A DNA stretch of 64,000 nt from Candidatus Latescibacterota bacterium (GCA_963662665.2 CAXXJS010000028.1:96001-160000), one strand, 5' to 3'; positions 18,929-30,230 are shown, numbered from the stretch's first letter. Notes: generated by a model not told the origin, from the letters alone. Numbers and translations are program-made.

Positions 18929-21394
18929 ATGTTCTGGAATTATCTCAAGGTGGCTTATCGGAATCTGCTGCGGCACCCGCTGTATGCCGCGATCAACGTG
19001 GTGGGTCTGGGCATCGCAATCGCGTTCTGCGTGCTGGCATTCCTCTATGTGCGATATGAATGGACCTACGATGGATTTCACGAAAATGCTGATCGGATTT
19101 ACAGGATCGCAAGAGAGACAAAGTTCAGAGACTCGGTTTATTTATCAGATATGACGGCGATTACGTTAGCACCGGCGCTGTCGGATGCGTTTCCGGGCAT
19201 TCGTTCCGTGAGAATGAACCGCGATCCGCGCCTGATTCGCCACGCGGGCAAGACGACAAAGGCATCGTTTCTTTTCGCAGACCAATCAATTCTTGAAGTA
19301 TTCTCCTTTGCTCTGATCAAGGGAGACCCGGCCACCGCACTGGAGGTTCCCAACTACGTGGCTATTACCGAAACAATGGCTGAGAGGTATTTCCCGGGAC
19401 AAGACCCGATCGGCAAGACGATCTCAGTTCAGGATGTCGAAGGTGCAGCTCTCCGCACACGAGCAGCATCCGGAGTCAACGTTTTTTCGTTAGGTCGACA
19501 AGGCCAAGCCCCTGAAACCGGGGACGAATTCTCGGATGCACGACCGACTCAGGAGCTCACGGTAACCGGTGTGATCAGGGCGATTCCCATGAACTCTACG
19601 ATTCGTTTTGACTTTCTCTCCTCGTTAAATCCGGAGGACCAGAAACAAGGATCGAATACGCGCCGTGTAAACACTTACATAATGCTCCCTGACTATCTGA
19701 ATCCACTGGAAATCGAGCGTCGCCTCGAGGACTTCGAGATACCACGCTCCAGTAGCCGATACTCGAGTAAGCTAAAGTTGCAGCCACTTAGAGACATATA
19801 TTTTGACACCAGGCGCATCGGACCGCGCTCTATTGGCAATCCTGTCAATTCGCATCTCCTTGGAGCCATTGCAATACTGGTGCTATTCGTGGCCGCAGTC
19901 AACTATACGAACCTTTCGGTAGCCCGGTCGTTCTCCCGTGCCCGCGAAGTTGGAATGCGCCGGGTCGCCGGGGGTCTTCGGACGCAGTTGGCAAGGCAGT
20001 TTCTGGCGGAATCGGTTATGCTGACATTGGTCGCGGTTGCGCTCGGGCTGGCGCTGGCCGAACTGTTCATGCCGGGCTTCAACAGTCTGGTCTACAGGCA
20101 ATTCGCACTTTCCGATCTTGCGGATTCTAACTCGCTCGTGTTTCTGGTCGTCTTGGCGCTATTGGTAGGAGTTTTCGCCGGGGGTTACCCGGCATTATTC
20201 ATGTCCGGATTTCTCCCGGTCGATGCGCTGAAGGGACGTTTCAAGGCAGATCGAATGGGTCTTTTCAGCCGTTCACTCGTGGTATTTCAGCTGGCCATCT
20301 CCTCGTCACTGGTGACCTGTATGACCATAGCGTCCATACAAATGAACATGTTGAAATCGAAACCGCTTGGTTTCGAGCCCAGCCATATCGTTGTCATTCG
20401 TCTTCTTAGGATTTCTGACAGAATGGAACTGGCCGATATCTTTGAGGAGGAGATCCGGGCATATCACTCCATTCTAAGGACCACGAGAACATCACACGGC
20501 CTTAGCAATTCCATGCGGAATAATACACTCATTAGCTGGAAAGGGACGAAGCTGGAAGGCGTCGAGAGAATTTTCTGTGATCAGCGATTCCTTGAAACAA
20601 TAGGAATAGAGCTAATGTCAGGTCGAAACTTCGAGCTGGAAAGCGACGCGGAGACGTCGGTCATTGTCAACGAAACTCTCGCCAGGAAACTGGGATGGGA
20701 TGCGCCTCTCAATGAGACGATTCGACTGGACAGAAAGGAACTGTCTGTCATCGGGGTCGTCCGGGACTTTAATTTCCAGTCCCTCCACCACGCCATTGGC
20801 CCTGCTGTGGTGCAATTGCAGGCCACGCCGTCGCCCGGCCGGCCCACGTGGGATACGCGATATCTGCTCATGGTTCGGATTCGCCCCGAAAATGTCTTCG
20901 AGACACTTGATTTCCTGAGAGAGAAGTGGGGTGGGATCGTACCGGATGTTCCGCTCAACTATGATTTCCTCGATGAGGATATCGACTATCAATACCGGGA
21001 GGAAAGGCGGTGGTTCAGAATCGCGGGTTTCGCGACGTTCTTTGCCGTATTCATCGCCTGCCTGGGCGCCTTCGGGCTGACGTCGCTCACCGTTGCCAGG
21101 CGCACCAAAGAAATCGGAATCCGGAAAGTCCTGGGTGCCCCGACGTCGCGTATCGTCTCGTTGCTCACCCGCGAATACGTAATACTCGTCGGCATTGCCA
21201 CTCTGATCGCGTCGCCTGTGACCTACGTCGCGGCGGAGCGCTGGTTGCAGGATTTCGCGTATCGCGTGGACCCTGGGATCGGGACTTTTCTGCTGGGCGG
21301 CCTGCTCACGCTCCTCGTCGTGCTCCTGGCGGTGAGCCTTCAGGTCGCCCGCGCTGCCCGCGCGAATCCGGTCGACGCATTGAGGTATGAGTAA
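18929..21394 (+). CDS. ABC transporter permease 1 (duplicated MacB/FtsX type)
   Basis: NYLKVAYRNL..INVVGL, two periplasmic plus TM halves, R.REVGMR, RRTKEIGIRKVLGA and NPVDALRYE. Confidence 0.95.
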   Translation: MFWNYLKVAYRNLLRHPLYAAINVVGLGIAIAFCVLAFLYVRYEWTYDGFHENADRIYRIARETKFRDSVYLSDMTAITLAPALSDAFPGIRSVRMNRDPRLIRHAGKTTKASFLFADQSILEVFSFALIKGDPATALEVPNYVAITETMAERYFPGQDPIGKTISVQDVEGAALRTRAASGVNVFSLGRQGQAPETGDEFSDARPTQELTVTGVIRAIPMNSTIRFDFLSSLNPEDQKQGSNTRRVNTYIMLPDYLNPLEIERRLEDFEIPRSSSRYSSKLKLQPLRDIYFDTRRIGPRSIGNPVNSHLLGAIAILVLFVAAVNYTNLSVARSFSRAREVGMRRVAGGLRTQLARQFLAESVMLTLVAVALGLALAELFMPGFNSLVYRQFALSDLADSNSLVFLVVLALLVGVFAGGYPALFMSGFLPVDALKGRFKADRMGLFSRSLVVFQLAISSSLVTCMTIASIQMNMLKSKPLGFEPSHIVVIRLLRISDRMELADIFEEEIRAYHSILRTTRTSHGLSNSMRNNTLISWKGTKLEGVERIFCDQRFLETIGIELMSGRNFELESDAETSVIVNETLARKLGWDAPLNETIRLDRKELSVIGVVRDFNFQSLHHAIGPAVVQLQATPSPGRPTWDTRYLLMVRIRPENVFETLDFLREKWGGIVPDVPLNYDFLDEDIDYQYREERRWFRIAGFATFFAVFIACLGAFGLTSLTVARRTKEIGIRKVLGAPTSRIVSLLTREYVILVGIATLIASPVTYVAAERWLQDFAYRVDPGIGTFLLGGLLTLLVVLLAVSLQVARAARANPVDALRYE

Positions 21395-21968
21395 AAGCAG
21401 GCAGACAGGAATGTCTGCCCCACCCTCACAACGGATTTCTCAACATGGCAGTTTTGGCGGACGCATCAACACTCGCCCTTCCTCCTGACCGTGTAGGTGC
21501 AAACGTGCCGCCTGCCAGGTCGGGCTCAGTGCCATAAGCTCGGGGATCAAGCCATGCTGCAGTAGATCCTTCGTCAGCCTGCCTGCCGGTGATTCTCTGG
21601 CAGGCAGGGAGGCTTCCTCAGGATGACAGTTTGGGCGATTGGGCGACGGACGCGTTTCGCCAATGGTTATAGCAACGCATGTCATTCTGAGCGCAGCGAA
21701 GAATCTCCCGTCTTCTCGGCTTGCCGTGCAGCGGAAGCATTCAACAACCCATATGCGCGGAGGCTTCGATTACTTGGCGGCTTCCTCAGGATGACAGTTT
21801 GGGCGATTGGGCGACGGACGCGTTTCGCCAATGGTTATTGCAAAGCATGTCATTCTGAGCGCAGCGAAGAATCTCCCGTCTTCTGGACTGTCCATACGTC
21901 CGACACCCGGGAAAAAACCATATGCGCGGACACATCATCTATGAATCCCATCCGCGAGGGGTCGATTG
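21395..21968. repeat. BIME-like mosaic spacer S1
   Basis: ggcagacaggaatgtctgcc palindrome at 21400. 168-bp units at 21611 and 21779. Confidence 0.9.
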
Positions 21969-24341
21969 ATGTTCTGGAATTATCTCAAGGTGGCTTATCG
22001 GAACCTGCTGCGGCACCCGCTGTATGCCGTGATCAACGTGGTGGGATTGGCCGTGGGGCTTGCGTGTTGTCTGTTGGTTCTGATGCTCGTACTGGACGAA
22101 GTCAGCTACGACAGGTTTCACGAGAAGGCGGACAGAATCTATCGCGTACTCTGGGACGGGCAGTTCGGGGACAACGCATGGACTACGCCATTGAGTCCTG
22201 TCCCGGTGGCTGAAGCGCTGTCCAGCTTTCCGGATGTGGAGCGCACCGTACGAATGCGCCGGGAACGGCGCACGCTTCGGGCCGGACAAACACGCACAAA
22301 CGAGTCCGGCTTTTTTTACGTGGAGACGGGCTTCTTCGACGTGTTTACCGTGCGTTTTATAGCAGGAGATCGGGTGACCGCGCTTCGCGACCCCGATTCT
22401 GTTGTGATTACCGAACAGACGGCGCGACGATACTTCCGGGGTCAGGACCCACTGGGACAGCCGCTGAACCTGGCCGACGGTTCGACGTTGCGGGTCACGG
22501 GTGTGGTGCGAGAGTTTCCCCGGCAGTCCCATTTTAAATTCGACTTTCTCGCACCATTGTGGACGCTTCCCATAGTAGAGCAACGCAAGACGCAATGGGG
22601 ATCGGCCACCGTATATACGTATGTCGCTTTGAGGGAGCAGACTAACGCTTCCGATGTGGAAACGAAACTCCGCGAGTACGTTAATCGTCGAGGGCTGGCG
22701 GCAGGCTTTGCCCGATCGGGTGGTTACAGCCGGTTCCGCTTGCAGCCGATGACGCAAATTCACCTGCGCTCACAGTACGACTACGAACTCGAACAGAATA
22801 GCAAGATTGCGCACGTATATATCTTCGCCCTGGTTGCCGTGCTTGTTCTGTTCCTGGCGTGCGTGAATTTCGTAAATCTGCACACGGCGTTGTCAACCAG
22901 CCGGACTCGAGAGATAGGTATACGAAAGGTGCTGGGTTCACGACGCGGGAGACTCGTCCGCCAGTTTCTCATTGAGTCGTCCATGCACTTTGTCCTGGCG
23001 TTCGTTCTGGCGATGGGGCTCAGCGAACTGGCAATACCCCATCTGGCAAGCCTCACGGGAAAACAGTTGGCAATGAGCAACCTGAGTTCTCCTCAGGTTG
23101 TTCTGGCGGTGTGCGGGGTATTCGTCGTGGTCGCCGCACTGGCCAGCGCGTATCCCGCGCTCGTGTTGTCTTCCTTTCGGCCTGCGGACGTGTTTGCAGG
23201 CCGAATTGCGGCAGGCCCCGGGGCAGAGCGATTGCGCAACGGGCTCGTCGTTACGCAATTCTGCATCTCGATCGGAATGCTCATCGGGGTATTGGTGATT
23301 CGCGAACAACTTCTGTTTGTTCAACACAAACGACTCGGATTCGATAGAGAAAACGTACTTGTCGTACACGGCGCAAGGGCTCTTGGGCAGCAGTCACACG
23401 CATTTCAAGAACGACTCAAATCACTTGCTTCGGTAGTCACCGCTTCAGTTGCACAAAGCGTGCCGGGCAAGGAATTCGGCTCTGTGCTGTTCCGGCTGGA
23501 GCAACCGGCCAACTACGAACAGACCTCGCTCACCTTCACGACGGTTGGCGAGCATTACGTGGAAGCCCTGGGGCTGGAGGTCGTCCAGGGTCGAAATTTC
23601 GCGCCTGAAGAATTCCCGTCGGACTCCACGGCCTTCCTGATCAACCGTTCGGCCGCCTCGATACTCGGATGGAAAAACCCGGTGGGCAAGCGAATGGTAC
23701 TTGCGGGTCGCGAAGGAGGAGTCATCGGAGTTGTCGAGGACTTCCATTACCAGTCACTTCGCCACCGGATCGAACCACTGGTGCTTCCTTTTCTCCGCTG
23801 GAGCCGCGACTATGTCGTCGTTCGATTGCATCCCGCCAACGAGGCGGATGTTGTTTCATCGGTACGAGGCCTGTGGGAGGAGTTCGCACCCGATCAGCCA
23901 TTCGAATTTTCATTTCTGGACAGCGACTATCTTCGGCTCTACGAAAACGAGCAACGGATGATTCGTGTCGTGCAGGTATTTTCCGGCCTCGTGATTTTCA
24001 TCGCCTGCCTTGGTCTCCTGGGGCTGGCTTCCTTCGCGGCTGCGAAACGGAAAACAGAGATCGGCATTCGCAAGGTGCTGGGCGCCACGGTGGCGAACAT
24101 CGTGTTCCTGCTGACCAGGGACTTTGCCCGGCACGTGCTGATCGCTTTTGTTTTCACTTCGCCAATCGCGTATTACGTCCTGTCCCGGTGGCTGCAGGAC
24201 TTCGCGTATCGCTCGAATATCGAATGGTGGATGTTTGCTGCGTCCGGAGGCCTGGCGATGGGGATCGCGCTGTTGACTGTGAGTGGACAGGCGATCCGTG
24301 CCGCGACGGCCAACCCCGTGGAAGCACTGCGCAGCGAATAG
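21969..24341 (+). CDS. ABC transporter permease 2 (duplicated MacB/FtsX type)
   Basis: Same architecture, with REIGIRKVLG and NPVEALRSE. Confidence 0.95.
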   Translation: MFWNYLKVAYRNLLRHPLYAVINVVGLAVGLACCLLVLMLVLDEVSYDRFHEKADRIYRVLWDGQFGDNAWTTPLSPVPVAEALSSFPDVERTVRMRRERRTLRAGQTRTNESGFFYVETGFFDVFTVRFIAGDRVTALRDPDSVVITEQTARRYFRGQDPLGQPLNLADGSTLRVTGVVREFPRQSHFKFDFLAPLWTLPIVEQRKTQWGSATVYTYVALREQTNASDVETKLREYVNRRGLAAGFARSGGYSRFRLQPMTQIHLRSQYDYELEQNSKIAHVYIFALVAVLVLFLACVNFVNLHTALSTSRTREIGIRKVLGSRRGRLVRQFLIESSMHFVLAFVLAMGLSELAIPHLASLTGKQLAMSNLSSPQVVLAVCGVFVVVAALASAYPALVLSSFRPADVFAGRIAAGPGAERLRNGLVVTQFCISIGMLIGVLVIREQLLFVQHKRLGFDRENVLVVHGARALGQQSHAFQERLKSLASVVTASVAQSVPGKEFGSVLFRLEQPANYEQTSLTFTTVGEHYVEALGLEVVQGRNFAPEEFPSDSTAFLINRSAASILGWKNPVGKRMVLAGREGGVIGVVEDFHYQSLRHRIEPLVLPFLRWSRDYVVVRLHPANEADVVSSVRGLWEEFAPDQPFEFSFLDSDYLRLYENEQRMIRVVQVFSGLVIFIACLGLLGLASFAAAKRKTEIGIRKVLGATVANIVFLLTRDFARHVLIAFVFTSPIAYYVLSRWLQDFAYRSNIEWWMFAASGGLAMGIALLTVSGQAIRAATANPVEALRSE

Positions 24342-24933
24342 CGCGTACACCGCTTGCCATACGAGACCTGAGATCGACCAACCTGTCATTTTGAACGCAG
24401 CGAAGAATCTCCCGTCTTCTCGACTGGACGTGGAGCGGAAGCCCTCATCAGCTCATTTGCGCGGACGCTTCGTTGGCGTGACGGCTCGTCAATCTGTATC
24501 CATACCTACAGAACGCCAATGACGTGGGCAGACAGGAATGTCTGCCCCACCTTCACACCGGATTTCTAAGCATGACAGTTTTGGCGGAGGCATCAACACT
24601 CGCGCCGCCTCACCCTGACTGTGTAGGCGCAAACGTGCCGCGTGCCAGCTACTTGCGAATGACAGAACACGCTCGGGTTTCGTCCGATGCTGCAGGAAAT
24701 CCTTCGTCAGCCTGCCTGCCGGTGATTCTCTGGCAGGCAGGGAGGCTTCCTCAGGATGACAGTTTGGGCGATTGGGCGACGGACGCGTTTCGCCAACGGC
24801 TATTGCAAAGCATGTCATTCTGAGCGCAGCGAAGAATCTCCCGTCTTCTGGGCTGTCCATACGTCCGACACCCGGGCAAAAACCATATGCGCGGACACAT
24901 CATCTATGGATCCCTTCCGCGAGGAGTCGATTG
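24342..24933. repeat. BIME-like mosaic spacer S2
   Basis: Palindromes at 24384, 24527, 24744 and 24813 are shared with S1 and S3. Confidence 0.9.
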
Positions 24934-27285
24934 ATGTTCTGGAATTATCTCAAGGTGGCTTATCGGAATCTACTGCGGCACCCGCTTTATGCCGCGATCA
25001 ACGTGGTGGGATTGGGCATCGCGATAGCGTTCTGCGTGTTGGCGTTCCTGTATGTGCGTCACGAGTGGACATACGATGCGTTTCACGAAAACGCTGATCG
25101 GATTTACAGGGTCTATCTGGAAGACATGCCGGGACAAGCGATAACTAGCGCGCCGTCCCTGTTGGCGCCGACCATGGCAGAGGCGGTTCCGGAAGTTCGT
25201 TACGTTAGAATGGCTAATGAACTCGGCTTCATTCAACACCGAGGCGAGAAGATAGCCGAAAATATCAAGGTTGTGGACCCTGAAATCTTCGAAATCTTCT
25301 CCTTTCCGCTCCTGAAAGGCGACCTGAAAACGGCACTCCTGGATCCCCAGAGTGTCGTTATTACCGAAAAGATGGCCGAAAAGTATTTCCCTGCTGAAGA
25401 TCCGATGGGCAAGACGCTGTCAATCCAGATCGGCGATGGCAGGGGTTGGCGGGTCCGGGAGCTAACCGTTACGGGAATAGTCGGGCCAATACCCAGAAAC
25501 TCGAGTATTCGCTTTGACATCCTCTCCAGACTCGATGTTGTGCTCAATGAACCTCGATGGAAACACAGATTCTTGAATACATACTTCCTGCTTCCTGACT
25601 TCGTACGCGCCCCGGAATTCGAGCGGCGGATGGAAGCTCTCGCGACGGTATGGCGCACAAGTCGATACTGGAAATCGGCGAAATTGCAGCATCTGAAAGA
25701 TATTCATCAGTATTCAAAGGGAATCGAATTTCAACCTGCAGGCAATCCGGTATATTCGTACATCCTGGCGTGTATTGCAATGCTTGTGCTGGTTGTTGCC
25801 GCGGTCAATTATACGAACCTATCGGTGGGCAGGTCATTCTCCCGTGCCCGGGAAATTGGATTGCGCGAAGTGGCAGGCGGTCTGCGAACCCAATTGGCAA
25901 TACAGTTTCTGACAGAATCGGTACTGCTGACTCTTGTCGCATTTGGGCTTGGTCTGGCATTGGCCGAACTGTTCATACCGGGCTTCAACAGTCTGACCCG
26001 AATGGAGTTTTCAATTTCCGATCTGGCGGATTCCACCGCACCGGTTTTTCTGGTTGTCCTTTTGCTGGTGGTAGGCATCGTTTCGGGCAGTTATCCCGCG
26101 CTTATCGCGTCAAGATTTCTGCCGGCTGAAGCGCTTAAGGGGCAGATGAGATTGGAACGATTGGGCCGCATCAGACGGGTGCTTGTGGTATTCCAGGTTG
26201 CCATCTCCATTGTATTGGTCGGATGCACGACTGTCGTCGGCAGGCAATTGAGTCTGATGACGACAAAACCGTTAGGTTTTAGTCCGAAGGATGTTTTAAT
26301 CGTCCGTAAGATGGATAAACTGGATGATAAGGGCGTTGCCGGAGCCTATCAGGAGGCAGCCCAATCCTACCATGCCGTGTTGCAGACCGCAAGAACAGGG
26401 CACGCCTTCAGCAACAGGGTCCAGAGCGTTATAGATTTAAAGACAAACGGTACTATCTTGAATGACGTCGAGATCCTTGACGGTGATCTGGGCTTGCTGG
26501 AAACACTGGGTGTGCGGCTGAGATCGGGTCGAGGATTCGAGAGAGACGGCGACGCCAAGACATCCGTACTCGTCAACGATGCTCTGGTTGAAAAACTGGG
26601 ATGGCAAGCGCCTCTGGGAAAGACGTTACAGTTAGGCAGCGGCAGGCGCAAATATACCGTGATCGGCGTGGTTCGCGATTTTTACTTTCATTCAGTTCAT
26701 CGTTCCGTAAAGCCTGCTGTGATGAGACTCAATCCCAGATCTGTTCGAACAAGAATGCTGATGGTTCGCATCCGACCGGACGACAGGGCGGGCGCCGTTC
26801 GTTTCCTGAAAAAGAAGTGGGAGGAAATGGCGCCCGACGACGTGTTTTATCATTCCTTTCTCGAGGACGAAATTAATCGTCAATACCGGGAGGAGAACAG
26901 GTGGTTACGTATTCTCGGCTACGCCACCTTTTTTGCGGTATTCATAGCGTGCCTTGGCGCCTTCGGGCTGACGTCGCTCACCGTTGCCAGGCGGACCAAG
27001 GAAATCGGGATCCGGAAAGTCGTTGGCGCGCCAACAACACGTATCATCTCCCTGCTTGCCCGCGAATACGTGGTCCTCGTCGGCATCGCCGCTTTGATCG
27101 CCTGGCCGGCGACTTACATTGCGGCGGAGCGCTGGCTGCGCGATTTTGCGTACCGCGTGGATCCGGGAATAGGGACTTTCCTGCTGGGAGGCCTGCTCAC
27201 GCTCGTCGTCGTGCTCCTGGCCGTGAGCCTTCAGGTCACCCGTGCAGCCCGCGCGAATCCTGTCGACGCGCTGCGGTATGAATAG
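24934..27285 (+). CDS. ABC transporter permease 3 (duplicated MacB/FtsX type)
   Basis: MFWNYLKVAYRNL start as in the paralogues, and ends NPVDALRYE. Confidence 0.95.
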   Translation: MFWNYLKVAYRNLLRHPLYAAINVVGLGIAIAFCVLAFLYVRHEWTYDAFHENADRIYRVYLEDMPGQAITSAPSLLAPTMAEAVPEVRYVRMANELGFIQHRGEKIAENIKVVDPEIFEIFSFPLLKGDLKTALLDPQSVVITEKMAEKYFPAEDPMGKTLSIQIGDGRGWRVRELTVTGIVGPIPRNSSIRFDILSRLDVVLNEPRWKHRFLNTYFLLPDFVRAPEFERRMEALATVWRTSRYWKSAKLQHLKDIHQYSKGIEFQPAGNPVYSYILACIAMLVLVVAAVNYTNLSVGRSFSRAREIGLREVAGGLRTQLAIQFLTESVLLTLVAFGLGLALAELFIPGFNSLTRMEFSISDLADSTAPVFLVVLLLVVGIVSGSYPALIASRFLPAEALKGQMRLERLGRIRRVLVVFQVAISIVLVGCTTVVGRQLSLMTTKPLGFSPKDVLIVRKMDKLDDKGVAGAYQEAAQSYHAVLQTARTGHAFSNRVQSVIDLKTNGTILNDVEILDGDLGLLETLGVRLRSGRGFERDGDAKTSVLVNDALVEKLGWQAPLGKTLQLGSGRRKYTVIGVVRDFYFHSVHRSVKPAVMRLNPRSVRTRMLMVRIRPDDRAGAVRFLKKKWEEMAPDDVFYHSFLEDEINRQYREENRWLRILGYATFFAVFIACLGAFGLTSLTVARRTKEIGIRKVVGAPTTRIISLLAREYVVLVGIAALIAWPATYIAAERWLRDFAYRVDPGIGTFLLGGLLTLVVVLLAVSLQVTRAARANPVDALRYE

Positions 27286-28360
27286 AAGCAGGCAGACAGG
27301 AATGTCTGCCCCACCCTCACATCGGATTTCTCAACATGACAGTTTGGGCGGACGCATCAACACTCGCGCCGCCTCACCCTGACTGTGTAGGCGCAAACGT
27401 GCCGCGTGCCAGTTCCTTGTGAATGACAGAACACGCTCGGGTTTCTTCCGATGCTGCAGTAGATCCTTCGTCAGCCTGCCTGCCGGTGATTCTCTGGCAG
27501 GCAGGGAGGCTTCCTCAGGATGACAGTTTGGGCGATTGGGCGACGGACGCGTTTCGCCAATGGCTATAGCAAAGCATGTCATTCTGAGCGCAGCGAAGAA
27601 TCTCCCGTCTTCTCGAATGGACGTGCAGCGGAAGCATTCAACAACCCATATGCGCGGAGGCCTCGTTTCCATGACGGCTCGTCAATCTGTATCCATGTCG
27701 ACAGAACACCAATGACGCGGGCAGACAGGAATGTCCGCCCCACCTTCACACCGGTATCCTCAGCATGACAGTCTAGGCGAAAACCTCCTGGACACATTTC
27801 GTGGCTGAGGATCTGCCGTCGTATCATTCTGAGCGGAGTCGAATATCGCACACCGAAGCATGGTCATTGCTTGCGTTGCCTGCACTGAGCTTGCCGAAGT
27901 GGCCTGTCGAAACGGCTTGTCGAAATGCCCGGAACTCGGATTCCCGTCAACACTCGCCCCGTCAGCCTGACCGTGTAGGCGCAAACGTGCCGCGTGCCAG
28001 CTACTTGCGAATGACAGAACACGCTCGGGTTTCGTCCGATGCTGCAGGAGATCCTTCGTCAGCCTGCCTGCCGGTGATTCTCTGGCAGGCAAGGAGGCTT
28101 CCTCAGGATGACAGTTTGGGCGATTGGGCGACGGACGCGTTTCGCCAATGGTTATAGCAAAGCATGTCATTCTGAGCGAAGCGAAGAATCTCCCGTCTTC
28201 TCGAATGGACGTGCAGCGGAAGCATTCAACAACCCATATGCGCGGAGGCTTCGTTTCCATGACGGCTTCCTCAGGATGACAGTCCGTACCGACACTTGAC
28301 CGACAGTCTTCGCCAATGTTTATTGCAAAGCCTGTCATTCTGAGCGAAGTCGAAGCATCT
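27286..28360. repeat. BIME-like mosaic spacer S3 (longest, about 1.1 kb)
   Basis: Palindromes at 27291, 27577, 27720, 28165 and 28333. 168-bp period 28096 to 28264. Internal duplication 27375-27680 / 27965-28265. Confidence 0.9.
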
Positions 28361-28425
28361 CCCGCGGGTTCTGTTGTGCTTCGGATATCCCGGGCTCGTG
28401 CGGCACAAACAGCATCCGGCGCTGA

Positions 28426-29823
28426 ATGAATAGCGAGGGAGGAGAGCAATTGGAGACTGAATTTTTCGAACGTATCAAGACCAACGACGTGGGCGACCCG
28501 AACGCCGCTGCCGATCGCAACCATGGCGACGCCTTGCTGTCCGTGATCGCCGGCGAACGCGCAAGCCAGGGGCCGGGGAACAAGATTGTTGCCTGCTGCG
28601 GCAGAACCCACATTGCCTGGCAGGACTCGTACAATCAGAGGTACTTCGCCCGGGTACGCACGCTCGATCATGAAACGGGCAGGTGGAGCGCGGGCGCCAT
28701 CCTGGCCGAGGGCGTCGACGAGCATTCCCGTCCCACCCTTGCGAACGATAGCCAGGGCTACCTGCACATGGTCATGGGCGGACACAACTCGCCTCTGCAG
28801 TACCAGCGATCGCTGCGGCCGCACGATTCGTCGGCCTGGACCCCCGTCGAGGCCTTTGGCCGAAACACCTATCCCGTCCTCCTATGCGGTCCCGACGACA
28901 CGCTTCACCTCGCCGCCCGTGACGGCAGCCACAGCGGCATGGAGTTTTGGGAGAGACCGCCTGGCGGCCCGTGGAAAAGCCGTGGCCTGATCGTGACCCG
29001 GCAGCGGCGTTTCACGGGGTACACGGGCATGAACAACGACGTCGCCTGGGGACCGGGACGGAAGACAATGCACATGAGCATGGCCTTTTTCCTGGGTCGC
29101 AAGGCGAATGCGGGGGAGCACTCACGTGACGTATCCGGTCTGTACCAGGCCGTGGGTTACATGCGCTCCTTCGACTTCGGCCGCACCTGGCAGAAAGACG
29201 ACGGGACGCCGGTTCCGCTTCCGGCAACGCCGGACACGATTGACCTGCTGGAGGCGGGTGAGAGCAACAACCCCAAGCCCGGCATTCACCACTGCGGCCT
29301 GGCCGTCGATTCGAAGGACCGCCCCTACGTGGGCTACGTCCGCCACACACCCACCCCCTGTCGTGTCTTCCTGAAGACGCCCGACGCCGGGAAGTGGCGC
29401 GGACTGCCGTTAGGTGAGGCCGTGGCGTCGCACTGGCCCGGTTGGGGGGTGCTCGCCTTCAAGCCGGTAATGACGTCCGATGACGTCCTTTGCGTTCTCG
29501 CCCAGATCGTTGCCCTGGGGCACCCGGACGAGAATTGGGACCCGGGTATCCATGGCCTACCCTCCTTCTGGCTGCGCGACCATCCGGAACTCTCACGCGT
29601 CGTCTGGCTCGAATCGTCCGATTACGGGGAGACACTCACGCCGCGTGAGGTACTCGCATTCGATTCTGAACAAGGTCAGCTTATGTCTTCCCTGGAACGC
29701 ACAAACGGCGCCAATCCGATCCCGCCGGGCACCCGTCCGTCATTCATCTACACGCTGGGCGATTCCCGATACGCGGACGAGGGCGAGACCATCGACAACC
29801 ACCTGTACTGGGTACGCGTCTGA
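28426..29823 (+). CDS. BNR-4 repeat beta-propeller protein (sialidase/lyase-like)
   Basis: DEHSRPTLANDSQGYLHMVMGGHNSPLQY, and Asp-boxes SFDFGRTW and SSDYGET. Start uncertain. Confidence 0.8.
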   Translation: MNSEGGEQLETEFFERIKTNDVGDPNAAADRNHGDALLSVIAGERASQGPGNKIVACCGRTHIAWQDSYNQRYFARVRTLDHETGRWSAGAILAEGVDEHSRPTLANDSQGYLHMVMGGHNSPLQYQRSLRPHDSSAWTPVEAFGRNTYPVLLCGPDDTLHLAARDGSHSGMEFWERPPGGPWKSRGLIVTRQRRFTGYTGMNNDVAWGPGRKTMHMSMAFFLGRKANAGEHSRDVSGLYQAVGYMRSFDFGRTWQKDDGTPVPLPATPDTIDLLEAGESNNPKPGIHHCGLAVDSKDRPYVGYVRHTPTPCRVFLKTPDAGKWRGLPLGEAVASHWPGWGVLAFKPVMTSDDVLCVLAQIVALGHPDENWDPGIHGLPSFWLRDHPELSRVVWLESSDYGETLTPREVLAFDSEQGQLMSSLERTNGANPIPPGTRPSFIYTLGDSRYADEGETIDNHLYWVRV

Positions 29824-30014
29824 ATCGATGCGCATGCAGGGACTGGCGCCGAGGACGACTATAAGTGAGAAAATAGGACTGCATCGCGGCGCTGCGTTAT
29901 GTGTAGAAGCGGGCACGGCGACCCCTCCCCATCCCCTCCCCGGCACGGGGCGGGGAGCGGTCGTGCTGCCTCTCAGGTATTCACACGCGCAAATCACTCG
30001 GTGATGATCCAATG

Positions 30015-30230
30015 CCGCAGTAGATCCTTCGTCAGCCGTTCGGCTTCCTCAGGATGACAGATTCTACCGACACTTGACCGACAGACTTCGCCAATGGTTA
30101 TAGCAAAGCATGTCATTCTGAGCGTAGCGAAGAATCTCCCGTCTTCTCGATTGGACGTGGGGCGGAAGCCTTCATCAGCCCATATGCGCGGACGCTTCCT
30201 CAGCTATGCGACTTCCTGAGGACGACAGTG
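30015..30230. repeat. BIME-like mosaic spacer S4
   Basis: gcagtagatccttcgtcagcc..ggcttcctcaggatgacag..tgtcattctgagcgtagcgaagaatct (30111)..catatgcgcgga. Confidence 0.85.

Noticed and set aside
18430-30230. CRISPR array interpretation of the recurring 27-bp tgtcattctgagcgcagcgaagaatct
   Set aside because: The intervening sequences are themselves conserved rather than unique spacers, the period is 168 bp with at most two units in tandem, and there are no cas genes.
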